DNA of 64,000 bases. It comes from Sumerlaeia bacterium. GTDB lineage: Bacteria > Sumerlaeota > Sumerlaeia > SLMS01 > JAHLLQ01. The notes beneath the pieces were generated by a model. That model had not been told where the DNA came from. It made no database searches and worked only from the letters and a program-made list of their open reading frames with translations. Positions within the stretch are counted from its first letter, which is position 1. Each line of letters starts with the position of its first letter. The DNA lies in contig JAVJSW010000049.1 in the NCBI GenBank assembly GCA_040219255.1, positions 1 through 64,000 on the forward strand. The letters are read 5' to 3'. Positions 44,820 through 55,200 of this stretch are shown piece after piece. The position numbers and the translations under genes were made by a program.

Positions 44820-45743
44820 TTAGGGACCAGCGAGCGCAAGCCCCACGGTGCGTGAGAGCGAAGCGAGATCGCTGGCGCGGCGCAAACGAGAAACGGGTAT
44901 CAATTGCGAAAGGTCGCTGCATGCCACGAAATTCGCCCGTCGCGTTTCCGGCGACGCCTCGATCAACGGCCGCAGATGATGATAGGTCTGCACCAGAAGT
45001 TCCCGGTTGGCCTCGGCGTGACCGAGGTGCTCAAGGCTCCCTTCGGCGGCGCCTCCAAATTCGAGGAGCATGATCTGGAACAGCGGCACCGCCTCCTGCG
45101 GCGAGGAGGCGCCCGGCGGCGCGTAGAGGCGCTTGCGGGCCTTGCTGTGGACGAGGGGCGTCTGATCGTCGTCGGCCTCCACGGCTAGCGCCGCCAGGGC
45201 CGACGGATCGAGTTTGTTCACGGGAAAGCCGGGCAGAACGCAGGGACCGGCCGGTCCCTGCTGGATTGCGACGATGTCGTCGCTGAGCAGCGTGGCGCGG
45301 CCGTCGGCCACGGCGGCAGCGGCCAGCGTGCTTTTTCCCGCCCCCCGCCCGCCGAGAAAGACGCGGGCTCCTTCCGGCGTCGCGAGGGCGCTGCCGTGCA
45401 GGACCAGGAAGCCCCTCTGCCACAAGGCGATGCCCATCGCGGCGCCCAGGAGAAAGGCGCGTACGACGCCCAAGGCGGTTTCGCCCGAAGCGCCATCGAC
45501 CACGATTTCGCATCCCCCGCGGATCACGAAGCGCCCGGCGTGGACCGAGCCGAAAGTCACCTCGTGAACGTCGCCCCGGGGCGTGATGTGGCCCTCGGCG
45601 AGGGGAATGCCGGCGGGAGCGCAGCCGCTGACCAGGCGCAGATCCGGGGCCCCGCCGGACGCCTCCGTGCTCCGCACCGGCAGCTCGAATTCGGACGCGA
45701 TTCGCAGACCGTAAGCGGAGTAATGGTAAAGGCCTGCGCTCAT
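44820..45743 (-). CDS. HPr kinase-like P-loop kinase
   Basis: YSAYGLRIASE start (ATGA overlap), LVLHGSA, GGRGAGKST, LLSDD. Confidence 0.85.
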   Translation of the reverse strand: MSAGLYHYSAYGLRIASEFELPVRSTEASGGAPDLRLVSGCAPAGIPLAEGHITPRGDVHEVTFGSVHAGRFVIRGGCEIVVDGASGETALGVVRAFLLGAAMGIALWQRGFLVLHGSALATPEGARVFLGGRGAGKSTLAAAAVADGRATLLSDDIVAIQQGPAGPCVLPGFPVNKLDPSALAALAVEADDDQTPLVHSKARKRLYAPPGASSPQEAVPLFQIMLLEFGGAAEGSLEHLGHAEANRELLVQTYHHLRPLIEASPETRRANFVACSDLSQLIPVSRLRRASDLASLSRTVGLALAGP

Positions 45744-48301
45744 TTCCCGGGGTCCTCCGGCAGAGGTTCGAAGGGCTGGAAAGCCGCGGGGTCGCCCGGC
45801 GCGAAGTCGCCGCCGACAACGACCTGCCCGCGCCACTCCAGCCACGCGTGGGCTTCGAACCCGGCGGTGCCGTGGCGCGCGCCCAGATGCAATTCCGTCG
45901 CGATGCCCCGCCGCGCCAGAAGCCGATGGGCCACCAGAGCCCGCGGCAGGCAATCGGCCCGGGGCACGGCTCGGCCGGCCAGGGCGAGGGCTTTGCGCAC
46001 GCGGCGAATGTGGCGGACAGTGTCTTCGGTAGCCGGTTCGGGCGTTGAGGGCACTGAGGTTAGCCATCGCCGCCGAATCACCCGGAACGGCAAGACCCAA
46101 AGCCCCATCCGCGCCAGCCACAGGAGTGAGAACGCTTCCAGGAAAAGGCCCACGTTACGGGCCGTTCGCTCTGTGTAGCACGCGCTACCTTGTTCGCTTG
46201 TGTTTCCTTTGGCCCACAATGCGACGAGCAGGATCAAACCCGCCAGGCTCAGCATCGCCCCCCGCCAGAACGACGCGGGGGCGTAGCGCAGGACGAAGCC
46301 GGACTCTCCCGGCGGCACGAGGACGCCGGCCAGGAAACCGTTCGCGGGCAGGACGGACAGCGGTTCGCCGGAATCGCCGCCGGTGGCGGTCCAGCCCTTC
46401 ATCCAACTCACCGCGATGCAAACGAGCGTTTCCTGCCGGGCGGGTTCCTGCAGTCGCACGGCGACCGTGCGGGCGTCGTCCCAGGCGGCGGCCACCTCCG
46501 GCGGCGAGGCCTGGGGCGCGAGGGCGAGGGGCTGTTCGACAAAGGCGACGCGGTACGGGTCGGGCTGGGCGGCGGCGGTGGGGATGGCTTGCTCGGGGGT
46601 CGAGACCTCGACAGCGCGCTGCACCGCCCAGGCCAGCGGGCGGTCGTCGCGGTAACGCCAGAGGGGCCACTTGGGGTGGTCGATGAGGAGGTTAAGCTGG
46701 CCGGCGAGGGCTTCGCGGTCGATGGAGGCGCCGGGAATGACGCGGCCCGGGTCGAACAAATCCCACCGCCCGATCAGGTACTGCGCGTGCATCAGCCGCA
46801 GAATCGGCGACCCTGGATCGGTGAAGAAGGCCCCGTGGCTCGGGTAGAAAACCCCCGACCGCGCCGAGGCCAGGCGTCGCGCGATGCCGTAGCGTTCCAG
46901 GACCAAAGGGTCGTAGCCCTGGACGTCGTGGGTGTCGTGCCAGGCCGCGAGGTCCGGCATCAAGGAATGGCCGTATTCCGGCGCACGCGAGGCGTAACTG
47001 TAATTCAACGAGGGATCGATGGTCAGATAGCGATCCGTCCCGAGGGTAGCGAGGAGCTTGGCCGGGGGCTTGAAGCGACTCGTGTCCGTGAACTCGCGCT
47101 CAAGCCGGGGCAGCATCCACGCCGTCGGGATCAGGAGCAGCGCCAGCGCGGCGGGCGCGGCGAAGCGCGGCAGGCGGTGCCTGCGGGCGAGGAGTAGGAG
47201 TCTCTGCGCCCCCATAGCCGCCACCAGCGGCCCCGCCACGGCCCACAGCACGAGGGCCCGGCGCGGCGCGTGGAAGCTGCCATAGAGCGGCAGCACCTTG
47301 GCCCACAGCGGCACCAGCGGCCCCATCGCCAGCAGATACCCGAGCCCCCCGATGGCCAGCAGCGGCAACGCCACCGGCCGATGGCGCCGGCGCAGCAATC
47401 CCAATGGAATCAGGGCGAAAAGCCCCAGCCCAATGGCGTAGATGGAGTCCGTGTCCTCGATCGGATTGCCGGTGCCACCGACGAGGGCCTTCCACAGGAA
47501 GGGGCCGTTGAGCCCCTGGCCCTGGAGCTTGCCAATGTCGATGGCGCCGCGTTCCGTGGCGGCGAGGAATTCGAGGGACGGCACCAACTGAATCCCCGCC
47601 AGCAATCCGGCGAGAACGGCAGCGGCGAAGCCTTGGGCGAAGGCTTCCGCAACACCTCGCACGCCCCGCAACGAGGCCGCCCGCCCGATCCAGTAAATCG
47701 GCAACGCCATCGCCGTGTAGTATCCGATCTGGGGGGACCCGGCGAGCACCTGCATCGCGAACAGGACCGCGACGGCGAGGGTCGCGCGATTGGGGCGCAA
47801 TCCACTGTGGGCAGCGACGGCGCGCTCGATGGCGAGGAACATCCACGGCATCCATGCCGCTGTGTAGAGATGGGGAGTCAGGGCGATTCGGCTGATAAGG
47901 AAGCTGCCAAAGGCGAAGGCGATCCCCGCGAAGAGGCTTGCGGCGGGGACGCATCGTTGTTGGCGCGCATAGGCATAAGCCCCCATGCCGGCGATCCAAT
48001 AGTGCAGGATGCAAATAATCCCATTCCCGATGGGATTGGGTAGCAGGTAGAAAATGAGGTTCGGCGGATACCACGCCGCGACCTGCGGATTGGCTGCGAG
48101 GGGCATGCCGCTGAAGATGTTGGGCAGCCAAAGGGGAAGGGTGCCATGATGAAGTTGGCGCGCCACGGCGAGACGATACGGATAGAGCTGCGTTACCGTA
48201 TCCATGAAATCCGGTAACTTCCCGGTGAGCAGCGGGAAAAACCAGACGATCGGCAGGATCGTCAAGACGAGCAGGGGCAGGCGGTCGCGGCGGGAAATCA
48301 T
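45740..48301 (-). CDS. YfhO-like multi-TM membrane protein fused to a lasso-peptide B2-like (transglutaminase-like) domain
   Basis: LPLWLPNIFSGMPLAANPQ..YPP, QGYDP, GWTA, FVLRY.P (YfhO); DCLPRAL, LHLG and EAHAWLE..G.VV.G (B2-like). Confidence 0.85.
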   Translation of the reverse strand: MISRRDRLPLLVLTILPIVWFFPLLTGKLPDFMDTVTQLYPYRLAVARQLHHGTLPLWLPNIFSGMPLAANPQVAAWYPPNLIFYLLPNPIGNGIICILHYWIAGMGAYAYARQQRCVPAASLFAGIAFAFGSFLISRIALTPHLYTAAWMPWMFLAIERAVAAHSGLRPNRATLAVAVLFAMQVLAGSPQIGYYTAMALPIYWIGRAASLRGVRGVAEAFAQGFAAAVLAGLLAGIQLVPSLEFLAATERGAIDIGKLQGQGLNGPFLWKALVGGTGNPIEDTDSIYAIGLGLFALIPLGLLRRRHRPVALPLLAIGGLGYLLAMGPLVPLWAKVLPLYGSFHAPRRALVLWAVAGPLVAAMGAQRLLLLARRHRLPRFAAPAALALLLIPTAWMLPRLEREFTDTSRFKPPAKLLATLGTDRYLTIDPSLNYSYASRAPEYGHSLMPDLAAWHDTHDVQGYDPLVLERYGIARRLASARSGVFYPSHGAFFTDPGSPILRLMHAQYLIGRWDLFDPGRVIPGASIDREALAGQLNLLIDHPKWPLWRYRDDRPLAWAVQRAVEVSTPEQAIPTAAAQPDPYRVAFVEQPLALAPQASPPEVAAAWDDARTVAVRLQEPARQETLVCIAVSWMKGWTATGGDSGEPLSVLPANGFLAGVLVPPGESGFVLRYAPASFWRGAMLSLAGLILLVALWAKGNTSEQGSACYTERTARNVGLFLEAFSLLWLARMGLWVLPFRVIRRRWLTSVPSTPEPATEDTVRHIRRVRKALALAGRAVPRADCLPRALVAHRLLARRGIATELHLGARHGTAGFEAHAWLEWRGQVVVGGDFAPGDPAAFQPFEPLPEDPGK

Positions 48302-48316
48302 GGCGACCGCTCTTTG

Positions 48317-49747
48317 TCACGAATGATCGCGGGCGCGCAATCGGCGAAAGAGGCGGGCGGCGTCCGGGTTGCGTTTCATCCACCAGCGGAGCAGCCGGCT
48401 CCCTTCGACGCGGTCGAGGAATTCCGGCAACGCGTTGGCCTCGCCGTGTTGAATCCAGTAGGCGTGCTGGGCGCGGGCCAGCGGATTGTCCGCCGGGGCG
48501 CCGTCGCGCAGGTCGGGCGCTTTCTTCGGATCGCGGGCCCAGCGCAAGAGCGGCTCATAGCACTTCGCGGGCGAGAAGTGCCCCACGAGCGTCTGGCGGC
48601 GCTGGGCCGCGGCCGCCCGATCGAGCCGCCCGCGAGCCAGGTCGCGCCGCATGGCGGCGGCCAGGGCTTTGGGTTTCTGGGGAGCGGCGGTCGTGATCAG
48701 GCCTTGGGCCGCCATATCCTGGGTCAGTTCGCTGAAATCCGCCGCGACAGCCCGCATCCCCGCCCACAACCAGCCAAACAGCCGATTGCGGCACCCGAAT
48801 TCGCCCTCCAGCGTGGGCACGTCACAGGTGACGCCGAGGTCCGCTTCCAGACAGGCGTCCACGAATCGCTCGTGCGGCACCCAGCCCAGCAGATGATAGC
48901 GCTCGCGATGGGGCGAGGCGGCGACGCGCTCCTCAAAGCGATGATAGACGCTCTCGACGTGGCCGCTGATGGCGCCGCCGGTGGCCACGAAGTGCGCGTC
49001 CGGGTCGTCGGCGAGGACATGGTCGGTGGCTTCGAAGAGCGTTTTCTCGTCAAGCCACGTGTTGAACCCGCCGGTGGAAAGGATCACCCGCGCGCCGGGC
49101 GGCACGACGGGGCCGCGCAGGTAGGGCTGGCCGGGGGTGCTGTGGGTCCAAGGCTCGGAAAACGGCAGCGCGGGCCTCAGGACGTGGGCGAATTCGTAGC
49201 CGGTCGTGTGGCGATTCAACCTCCCGGCGGCGCCCAGCTCGCCAATGAGAGCCAAGCGCTGCGCCCGCGAGCAAACTCCGAACGCATCGGACCTCAGCAG
49301 CACCGGCAGCACGTTCCGCCACATCCCCAGCAGCGCGGCGTCGTTGTCGCCGGTATGGGCCTGCATCTGGCGCTCGGCCATGGGATGGCCGAAGTAGTCG
49401 ACGAAGAGGGGCGTGTCTTTCGTCCAGAGCATCGCGGCGAGCCACTCCGCCAAATCCGTCAGCGCCACGACGCCGTCATAGGGACGGTCGTTGATTTCGC
49501 CGTACCATTGCTTGCCAAGGGCGGACTGGCCAATGGGCGCGAGGGCGATGGCCCGCTCGACCCCCGGCGGAGGCGGCACGGGCGGGGCGTCGGCGGCGTT
49601 GCCGAACGTGTGCTCGATGATGGTGACCTCGTGGCCGTCCTCCGCGAGCGCCTGCGCGATGGTTTGGAGGCGCAGGCCCGGGGCGTGGATTTTGGTCGCT
49701 CCGGGATGGGGCCGGGGGCCGACGCCGTAAACGAGAAGACGGGACAT
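48317..49747 (-). CDS. Glycosyltransferase (GT-B, family 4-like)
   Basis: APGLR, VCSRAQR, TGGFNTWLD, LGWVP, ADLGV, RNRL. Confidence 0.75.
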   Translation of the reverse strand: MSRLLVYGVGPRPHPGATKIHAPGLRLQTIAQALAEDGHEVTIIEHTFGNAADAPPVPPPPGVERAIALAPIGQSALGKQWYGEINDRPYDGVVALTDLAEWLAAMLWTKDTPLFVDYFGHPMAERQMQAHTGDNDAALLGMWRNVLPVLLRSDAFGVCSRAQRLALIGELGAAGRLNRHTTGYEFAHVLRPALPFSEPWTHSTPGQPYLRGPVVPPGARVILSTGGFNTWLDEKTLFEATDHVLADDPDAHFVATGGAISGHVESVYHRFEERVAASPHRERYHLLGWVPHERFVDACLEADLGVTCDVPTLEGEFGCRNRLFGWLWAGMRAVAADFSELTQDMAAQGLITTAAPQKPKALAAAMRRDLARGRLDRAAAAQRRQTLVGHFSPAKCYEPLLRWARDPKKAPDLRDGAPADNPLARAQHAYWIQHGEANALPEFLDRVEGSRLLRWWMKRNPDAARLFRRLRARDHS

Positions 49748-49754
49748 TAAAAAA

Positions 49755-50007
49755 GTAGCACGGGCGTCCCGCCCGTGATCGGCGGCGTTTTTTCGGCGAG
49801 AGAGGCGTGCTGGACATCGCGGCCTTCAAGAGCCGCCCTTGGCGAAAGCAACTGGCGAGGGCTCGGCGTGGTGGGACACGGGCGGGACGCCCGTGCTCCA
49901 TTCGACGCTCTTCGGATCGGCACCGGACCCAAATGTAGCACAGGCACTCTTGCCTGTGTCCCCAAGGCCGGAAGCACCGGAAGCACAGACTGGAGAGTCT
50001 GTGCTAC
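49755..50007. repeat. Two inverted pairs of GTAG-type REP elements
   Basis: AGCACGGGCGTCCCGCCCGTG at 49757-49777 is perfectly inverted at 49877-49897. GTAGCACAGGCACTCTTGCCTGTG at 49935 pairs with inverted GTAGCACAGACTCTCCAGTCTGTG at 49984-50007. Confidence 0.8.
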
Positions 50008-50042
50008 ACAGAGGGGGCCGCCGTTCAGCCAGACGACCGACA

Positions 50043-51380
50043 TCAAGCCAAGGCCTTGTGCGCGCGCAGGACGAGGGCCTTCGCGGCGGCCGCGTCGGGG
50101 GCTTCGGCGAAGATGCGCAGGATGGGCTCGGTGCCGCTGGGGCGCAGGTGAACCCAGCGCTCGCCGCTCAGGAGGAACTTGATGCCATCGGTGTCGTCGG
50201 CGTGGTCGGCGTCGGCGAATTCGGTGCGGGCGCGGGCGATGCTTTCTTCCACGCTGATGTTGCCGCGCTCGACCTTGTCTTTGACCAGGGCGTAATCCGG
50301 GATGGTGCCGTTCCATTCCGAGAGGGTTCCACCGCGCTCCTGCAAGCCAAGCAGAATCAGGGCGAGAGCGGTCGCCGCGTCGCGGCCTGGGTGCACCGAG
50401 GGGAGGATCACGCCGCCGTTGCCTTCGCCGCCGATTTTGGCGTGGACCTGACGCAGACCGGCTAGCACGTGGGCCTCGCCGATTTTGGTGCGGTGGACGT
50501 CGAAGCCTTCGCGGCGGCCGAGGGCGTCGATGGCCTGGCTGGTGGAGAGGTTGACGGCCACGGGGGTTTTCTCGCCCGACATTTTCAAGTAGGCGTCGAT
50601 GCCGAGAACGAGCGAGCGTTCTTCGCCGATGGCGCGGCCTGTCTCGTCCACGAAGGCGATGCGGTCCGCGTCCGGGTCGATGGCGGCGCCAAAGTCCGCG
50701 CCGCTGGCCAACACGCGGGCCGACAGTTCGACCAGGTTGTGGGGCAGGGGTTCGGCTTCGCGGGGGAAGACCTGATTGGGGTCGTTCCAGAAAGGCTCGG
50801 CGGTGGCGCCATAGGCTTCCGCCACGCGGGGCGCCAGGACCGACGACGCGCCATTGCAGCAATCGATGACGACCTTCAGGGGCCGGGCGCCGGACTTCGG
50901 CGGCAGCACGTCCATCAGGGTCTTCAGATGAAAATCGAGGGCGTCTTCCTGAACCGTCCGCGTGCCGATCCGGTGGGGCGTGGCGGCGGGGTGCTCCATG
51001 GAGTGGTGCAGGCGCGTGTGATGATCGGGGGTCAGGAACTCGCCGCCCTCGTGAAAGAACTTCAGCCCGTTCCAGGGGATCGGGTTGTGGCTGGCGGTGA
51101 TGGCGATGGCACCCCCCGCGGCGAAGCGGCGCACCATCATGCCGTGGGTCGGCGTGGGGGCGAGGCCGATGCTGATGACATCGACGCCGCGGGCGCGCAG
51201 GGCGGACTCGACGGCGGGCTGGGCCCAGGACCGCGAGGGGCGGCTATCCCCGCCGACGACAACGGTCTTCGTCTCAAGCAAATCCGCGAACGCGCAAACG
51301 TAGGGGATGATGATTTCTTCCGTAAAGCTCTCGCCGACGATGCCTCGCAGGCCAGCGACAGAGACGATGGGTTCCTTCAT
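50043..51380 (-). CDS. Phosphoglucosamine mutase / phosphomannomutase family
   Basis: SVAGLRG, ITASHNP, DPDADR, GGEGNGG, LRPSGTEP. Confidence 0.92.
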   Translation of the reverse strand: MKEPIVSVAGLRGIVGESFTEEIIIPYVCAFADLLETKTVVVGGDSRPSRSWAQPAVESALRARGVDVISIGLAPTPTHGMMVRRFAAGGAIAITASHNPIPWNGLKFFHEGGEFLTPDHHTRLHHSMEHPAATPHRIGTRTVQEDALDFHLKTLMDVLPPKSGARPLKVVIDCCNGASSVLAPRVAEAYGATAEPFWNDPNQVFPREAEPLPHNLVELSARVLASGADFGAAIDPDADRIAFVDETGRAIGEERSLVLGIDAYLKMSGEKTPVAVNLSTSQAIDALGRREGFDVHRTKIGEAHVLAGLRQVHAKIGGEGNGGVILPSVHPGRDAATALALILLGLQERGGTLSEWNGTIPDYALVKDKVERGNISVEESIARARTEFADADHADDTDGIKFLLSGERWVHLRPSGTEPILRIFAEAPDAAAAKALVLRAHKALA

Positions 51381-51506
51381 CACAGGCGGTGCCCTCTTCC
51401 GATCCGGGTGTGTGGTCTCGGGCGGCACGAAACGGCAGGGCGGGCGGACGGGACAACGAAAAATTGTAGCGATTTGAAAATTGTAGGGACTTGAGAATCT
51501 CCGCCC

Positions 51507-54005
51507 CTATTCCAGATGGCTCCAATCCTTGATCGCCGTGAAGACCTGCACCGCGACGGCGGGCGAGAAATGGCTGCTGTCGCCGTTCTCGGCCACCGCA
51601 TAGGCTGACAAAACCCGCCCCGCCGCCACCGGCCCAGCCGAAACCGACCAAGTGGCGTCGCCAGCGGGATCCGTGATAGCAGTGGTGGAACCGAGGAAAC
51701 CCTCGCCCGGGCCGTTGCCCGAGGAATGGGCGGCGGCGCTGGAGTAGAGGTAAATCGTGTGGGTGGTGCTGGCGGTCGAGACCAGGGTGCCGCTAAGGAC
51801 CACGGCGGCGTCGTCCGCGGGATCGATGGCCGGGTGGTTTTGCTGGTTGTTCGGCCCCGTGTCCACATCCAGGGCATCGTTGGCGACAAGCGCCCCGGCG
51901 AAGCTGATGGGAAAGCGGCAGTTGGCGCTGAAGACATTCTGGCCGATTGCGACGCCCGCCGCGCCGGAGTCGATCAGGATGTGGTCTTCGGTGCTGTGGA
52001 CGAAGGTGTTGAGAGAAACGCTGGTGCTGCCGGAGACGGCGAGGGCGCTGCCGCCATTGGGCAACGTGGCGGTGGTGGCTTCGTTCGAGCCGAAGACGTT
52101 GTTCGAGGCGATGGCGCCGGGGCTCGAGTCGATTTCGACGCCGGCGCCGCCGTTGGCCGCGATCGCGTTGCCGGTGATGGTGGAGGTGGTGGCGGTGCTA
52201 TTGACGCGGACACCCGCCAGGCCATTGCCTCGGTCCAGGTTTCCGGTGATGTCGGTGCCGATGAAGTTTCCGGAGATGACCGTGGACGGGCCCTGATTGA
52301 GGAGACCGTGCTGGTTGTTGCCCGAGATGACGTTGCGGTCCGCCGCGGAGGCCGAACCGATGATCGTTCCGGAAGCGGAGGCGGCGACAAGTATCCCGTA
52401 GAATCCGTTGGCGAGAACGGTCGATCCGTCCGCGCCCAGGCCAATCAGGTTGCCGTGGATTTGCGAGCTGTTTCCGGTGACCTCGATACCGAGAAGGGAG
52501 AACCCGCCGACCACGTTGTCGCGGATGGTGACATTGTCGCCGCTCGAACGGATCCCGCGAGTGCCAGCCGTCGCGTCCACAAGACCCGTGATGTCTGTTC
52601 CGATGTAGTTGCCTTGAACCACGACGTTATCGGCGTCGTTCTCGATACCATGGCCTCCGTTGGCGCCGAACACGTTGCGGTCGGCGGGGGCGCCGGTGCC
52701 GATGGTGGCGGACGTCACGAAGGAAACCAGATCGATCCCATCCGAACCGTTCGCCAGCATGGTGGTCCCATCGGAGGCGAGCCCGAACCAGTTGCCATGG
52801 ATTTGAGCACCGGACCCGGCTAACGCGACGCCATCGCCCGCGTTGCCCGAGATCAGGTTGTCCCGCAGGAGAACGTTCGTGCCGCCGATGTAGAGGCCGT
52901 AGGGGCTGTTTGGCCGGGCCAGGGTGCCCGTGGCATCCGTCCCGATGAAGTTGCCCTGGACCGTGGCGCTCGGGCTATCCACCCGGACGCCAGTCCCCGC
53001 GTTACCCGAGACCACATTGCGATCGGCCGCGGACGGGCCGCCGATGACCAGCCCGTTCGCCAGCGAATTCGAATCGATGCCCTCGGCTCCGTTGGCGATC
53101 ACCGTCGATCCGTCCGCCCCCAGACCAATGATGTTGCCGACGACCTGAACGTTGTCACCGGCGCTGACGAGGCCGTTCTCCGCGTTGCCGGAAATGACGT
53201 TGCCGCGTAGTGTGACACTGGTTACCGCACCGGAGATGGAAACGCCAGAGACCGCGTTCCCCCGATCCAGGAGCCCGGTCGCATCCGTTCCGATGTAGTT
53301 CCCCTCGATCAGGATGTCCGACCCCCCTGACAGGAGAATCCCGTGACCTTGGCTGGAATTGGTCGAACTGGCGAAGACATTGCGTTCCGACGGATCGGCT
53401 CCGCCGATCGTGAAATTCGAACCGCCGAAAATCGCGAGCGCATTGAAATTGCCGTCCACGGTCGAGCCGTCGCTCTCCAGCCCAAAAATGTTCGATTGGA
53501 TGATCGTGCCGGTGCCGCCGGAGATGGAGAGTCCGCGAACGCCCGCGTTACGGATGATGTTCCCTTTGCCGGGCGCACCGATGATGTTGTTGTCGCCGGT
53601 CATGCTGAGACCAGAACTGGACGAACCCAGGAGGTCCATACCGTAGAGTTCGGAATTGTCCGCCGAACTATTGAAGTCGAAAATGGGGGACCCGATGTCA
53701 AAGGTGTCTCCATCCACAAGAACGTGACTGGCGTTCACCGACCCATCGATTCTCAGTTGCTCGTTAATAACCTGAAGCGCCGATTCGAGAACGATCTGCG
53801 TCACGGAACCGTCGAACTCGATCATATCCGGACCCGCGTTGCTATTGGCCAAAGCGATGGCTTCCCTCAGTGTGCCAGCCCCCGCATCCGCGTCGCTCGT
53901 TACGGTAAAGAGTGCCGCCGGAGCGGCCGTCGCCCCCATGAGGATGAGCGCGACTCCGGCGCAAAAAGGCAAGCGATGGGGAAGATTGGGAGACAATATA
54001 GACAT
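51507..54005 (-). CDS. Secreted parallel beta-helix repeat protein
   Basis: Signal peptide, VTSDADAGAGTLREAI, repeated GN(Y/F)IGTD.TG, RNVISGN and IGLGADG units; C-terminus TAIKDWSHLE. Confidence 0.9.
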   Translation of the reverse strand: MSILSPNLPHRLPFCAGVALILMGATAAPAALFTVTSDADAGAGTLREAIALANSNAGPDMIEFDGSVTQIVLESALQVINEQLRIDGSVNASHVLVDGDTFDIGSPIFDFNSSADNSELYGMDLLGSSSSGLSMTGDNNIIGAPGKGNIIRNAGVRGLSISGGTGTIIQSNIFGLESDGSTVDGNFNALAIFGGSNFTIGGADPSERNVFASSTNSSQGHGILLSGGSDILIEGNYIGTDATGLLDRGNAVSGVSISGAVTSVTLRGNVISGNAENGLVSAGDNVQVVGNIIGLGADGSTVIANGAEGIDSNSLANGLVIGGPSAADRNVVSGNAGTGVRVDSPSATVQGNFIGTDATGTLARPNSPYGLYIGGTNVLLRDNLISGNAGDGVALAGSGAQIHGNWFGLASDGTTMLANGSDGIDLVSFVTSATIGTGAPADRNVFGANGGHGIENDADNVVVQGNYIGTDITGLVDATAGTRGIRSSGDNVTIRDNVVGGFSLLGIEVTGNSSQIHGNLIGLGADGSTVLANGFYGILVAASASGTIIGSASAADRNVISGNNQHGLLNQGPSTVISGNFIGTDITGNLDRGNGLAGVRVNSTATTSTITGNAIAANGGAGVEIDSSPGAIASNNVFGSNEATTATLPNGGSALAVSGSTSVSLNTFVHSTEDHILIDSGAAGVAIGQNVFSANCRFPISFAGALVANDALDVDTGPNNQQNHPAIDPADDAAVVLSGTLVSTASTTHTIYLYSSAAAHSSGNGPGEGFLGSTTAITDPAGDATWSVSAGPVAAGRVLSAYAVAENGDSSHFSPAVAVQVFTAIKDWSHLE

Positions 54006-54234
54006 GGTCGATCACCGGGAAGAAGAGAATTCGTCTGCGACAAATCGCGGGCTCAGCGGCTCAGCGTGGAGGCGCTCTCACAGCACGGGAAATGTGGGGA
54101 CAGAATCCAAGAGGAACGATTGCCAGATCATGGCAAGCGGTTTCTCACCGGCGGCCGGACCGTGGGGCAGGGATAGGTGATACGTAAAGACAGTCTATCC
54201 AACCGTGTAACGCCCCTAGAGTCGGGAGAGCATC

Positions 54235-55050
54235 CTATTGCGCCATGGAACCGCCGCGCGGAGTTGTCGGCGAAGTGCGCACGTAAATACCCGACCGATA
54301 GTAGGGGCGGTCGTAGCGGAAGGAGCGCGAATCCCAGTTCTTCCGGGCCTTGTCCTGCCACTCCATGCGCGAGGAGCGGTTGCCTTGGTTCGAGGGGATG
54401 CCGCTGCGGTACTTCTGCCGGCGTTCGTAGTCATCGTAGCTCGTCCAGGAGGTCGAGGTACGCTTTGGCGGGCTGGTCGAAATCAAGTAATAATCGATGA
54501 AGTCTTGGGGCGGCGCGGGAGGTATCTCCGCCAACTCACCGATCACTGCGTGGTCTTGATAAGCCTCGCTCACCTGCGCCGCCTTCTCGTTCCAGACCAG
54601 CCACCCGCCCACATACTCGTTCGACTTGGTGGACGCCTTGGCAAGCGCCTCCAGCGCCACCGCCTCGTTGTTGAGCATCTCGACCAGAATTCGGGCCGTT
54701 TCCGCCGCCGACTCCACCAGGTCGGCGTCGTCCAGGCGCAGCACATCGCCGCCGGTGTCTTCGCCACTGAGCGAGGCATCGTCCAGGCGGATTGGATTCT
54801 CGCGAGCCGGCGCCGCCTCGGCCGCGTCGGCGGTTATGCGAATGGGTTCCGTCTGGGGCGGCGATGCCTTGCCGGCGGGTTTCCGCACGGTCGCCGAGGG
54901 CCGCTGCGGGGCCTGGCGCTCGACCGTTCGCTGCGGGCCGGCCGCCGTGGGCGCGGGCCCTGGCGACGATCCCCGCGACGCGCAAGACGCCACCAGAATC
55001 AGAAGCGAGCAAACGAGCGGCAGCGAACGCAATCCCGGCATCACGGACAT
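54235..55050 (-). CDS. Hypothetical lipoprotein (paralog of the 58029 protein)
   Basis: Lipobox VASC; LEALA...YV..WL.W...PAPP.D. Confidence 0.75.
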   Translation of the reverse strand: MSVMPGLRSLPLVCSLLILVASCASRGSSPGPAPTAAGPQRTVERQAPQRPSATVRKPAGKASPPQTEPIRITADAAEAAPARENPIRLDDASLSGEDTGGDVLRLDDADLVESAAETARILVEMLNNEAVALEALAKASTKSNEYVGGWLVWNEKAAQVSEAYQDHAVIGELAEIPPAPPQDFIDYYLISTSPPKRTSTSWTSYDDYERRQKYRSGIPSNQGNRSSRMEWQDKARKNWDSRSFRYDRPYYRSGIYVRTSPTTPRGGSMAQ

Positions 55051-55200
55051 CTCCAGTCCATTTCTTTTGAGCTAAAGCTGCCTTTGTATAAGCCCGCGGC
55101 GGAGGGAAAACAAGCGTTATTGTCGCGGCACGCGATTCGGCCGCTGGCTAATCCTTGGTGCCGTCGTCACAAGGGGGGCGAAAAAGGAGGGAAAGAGCGC

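Noticed and set aside
44820-46150. Lasso peptide biosynthetic cluster
   Set aside because: Only B2-like and kinase domains are present, with no cyclase, RRE or precursor.
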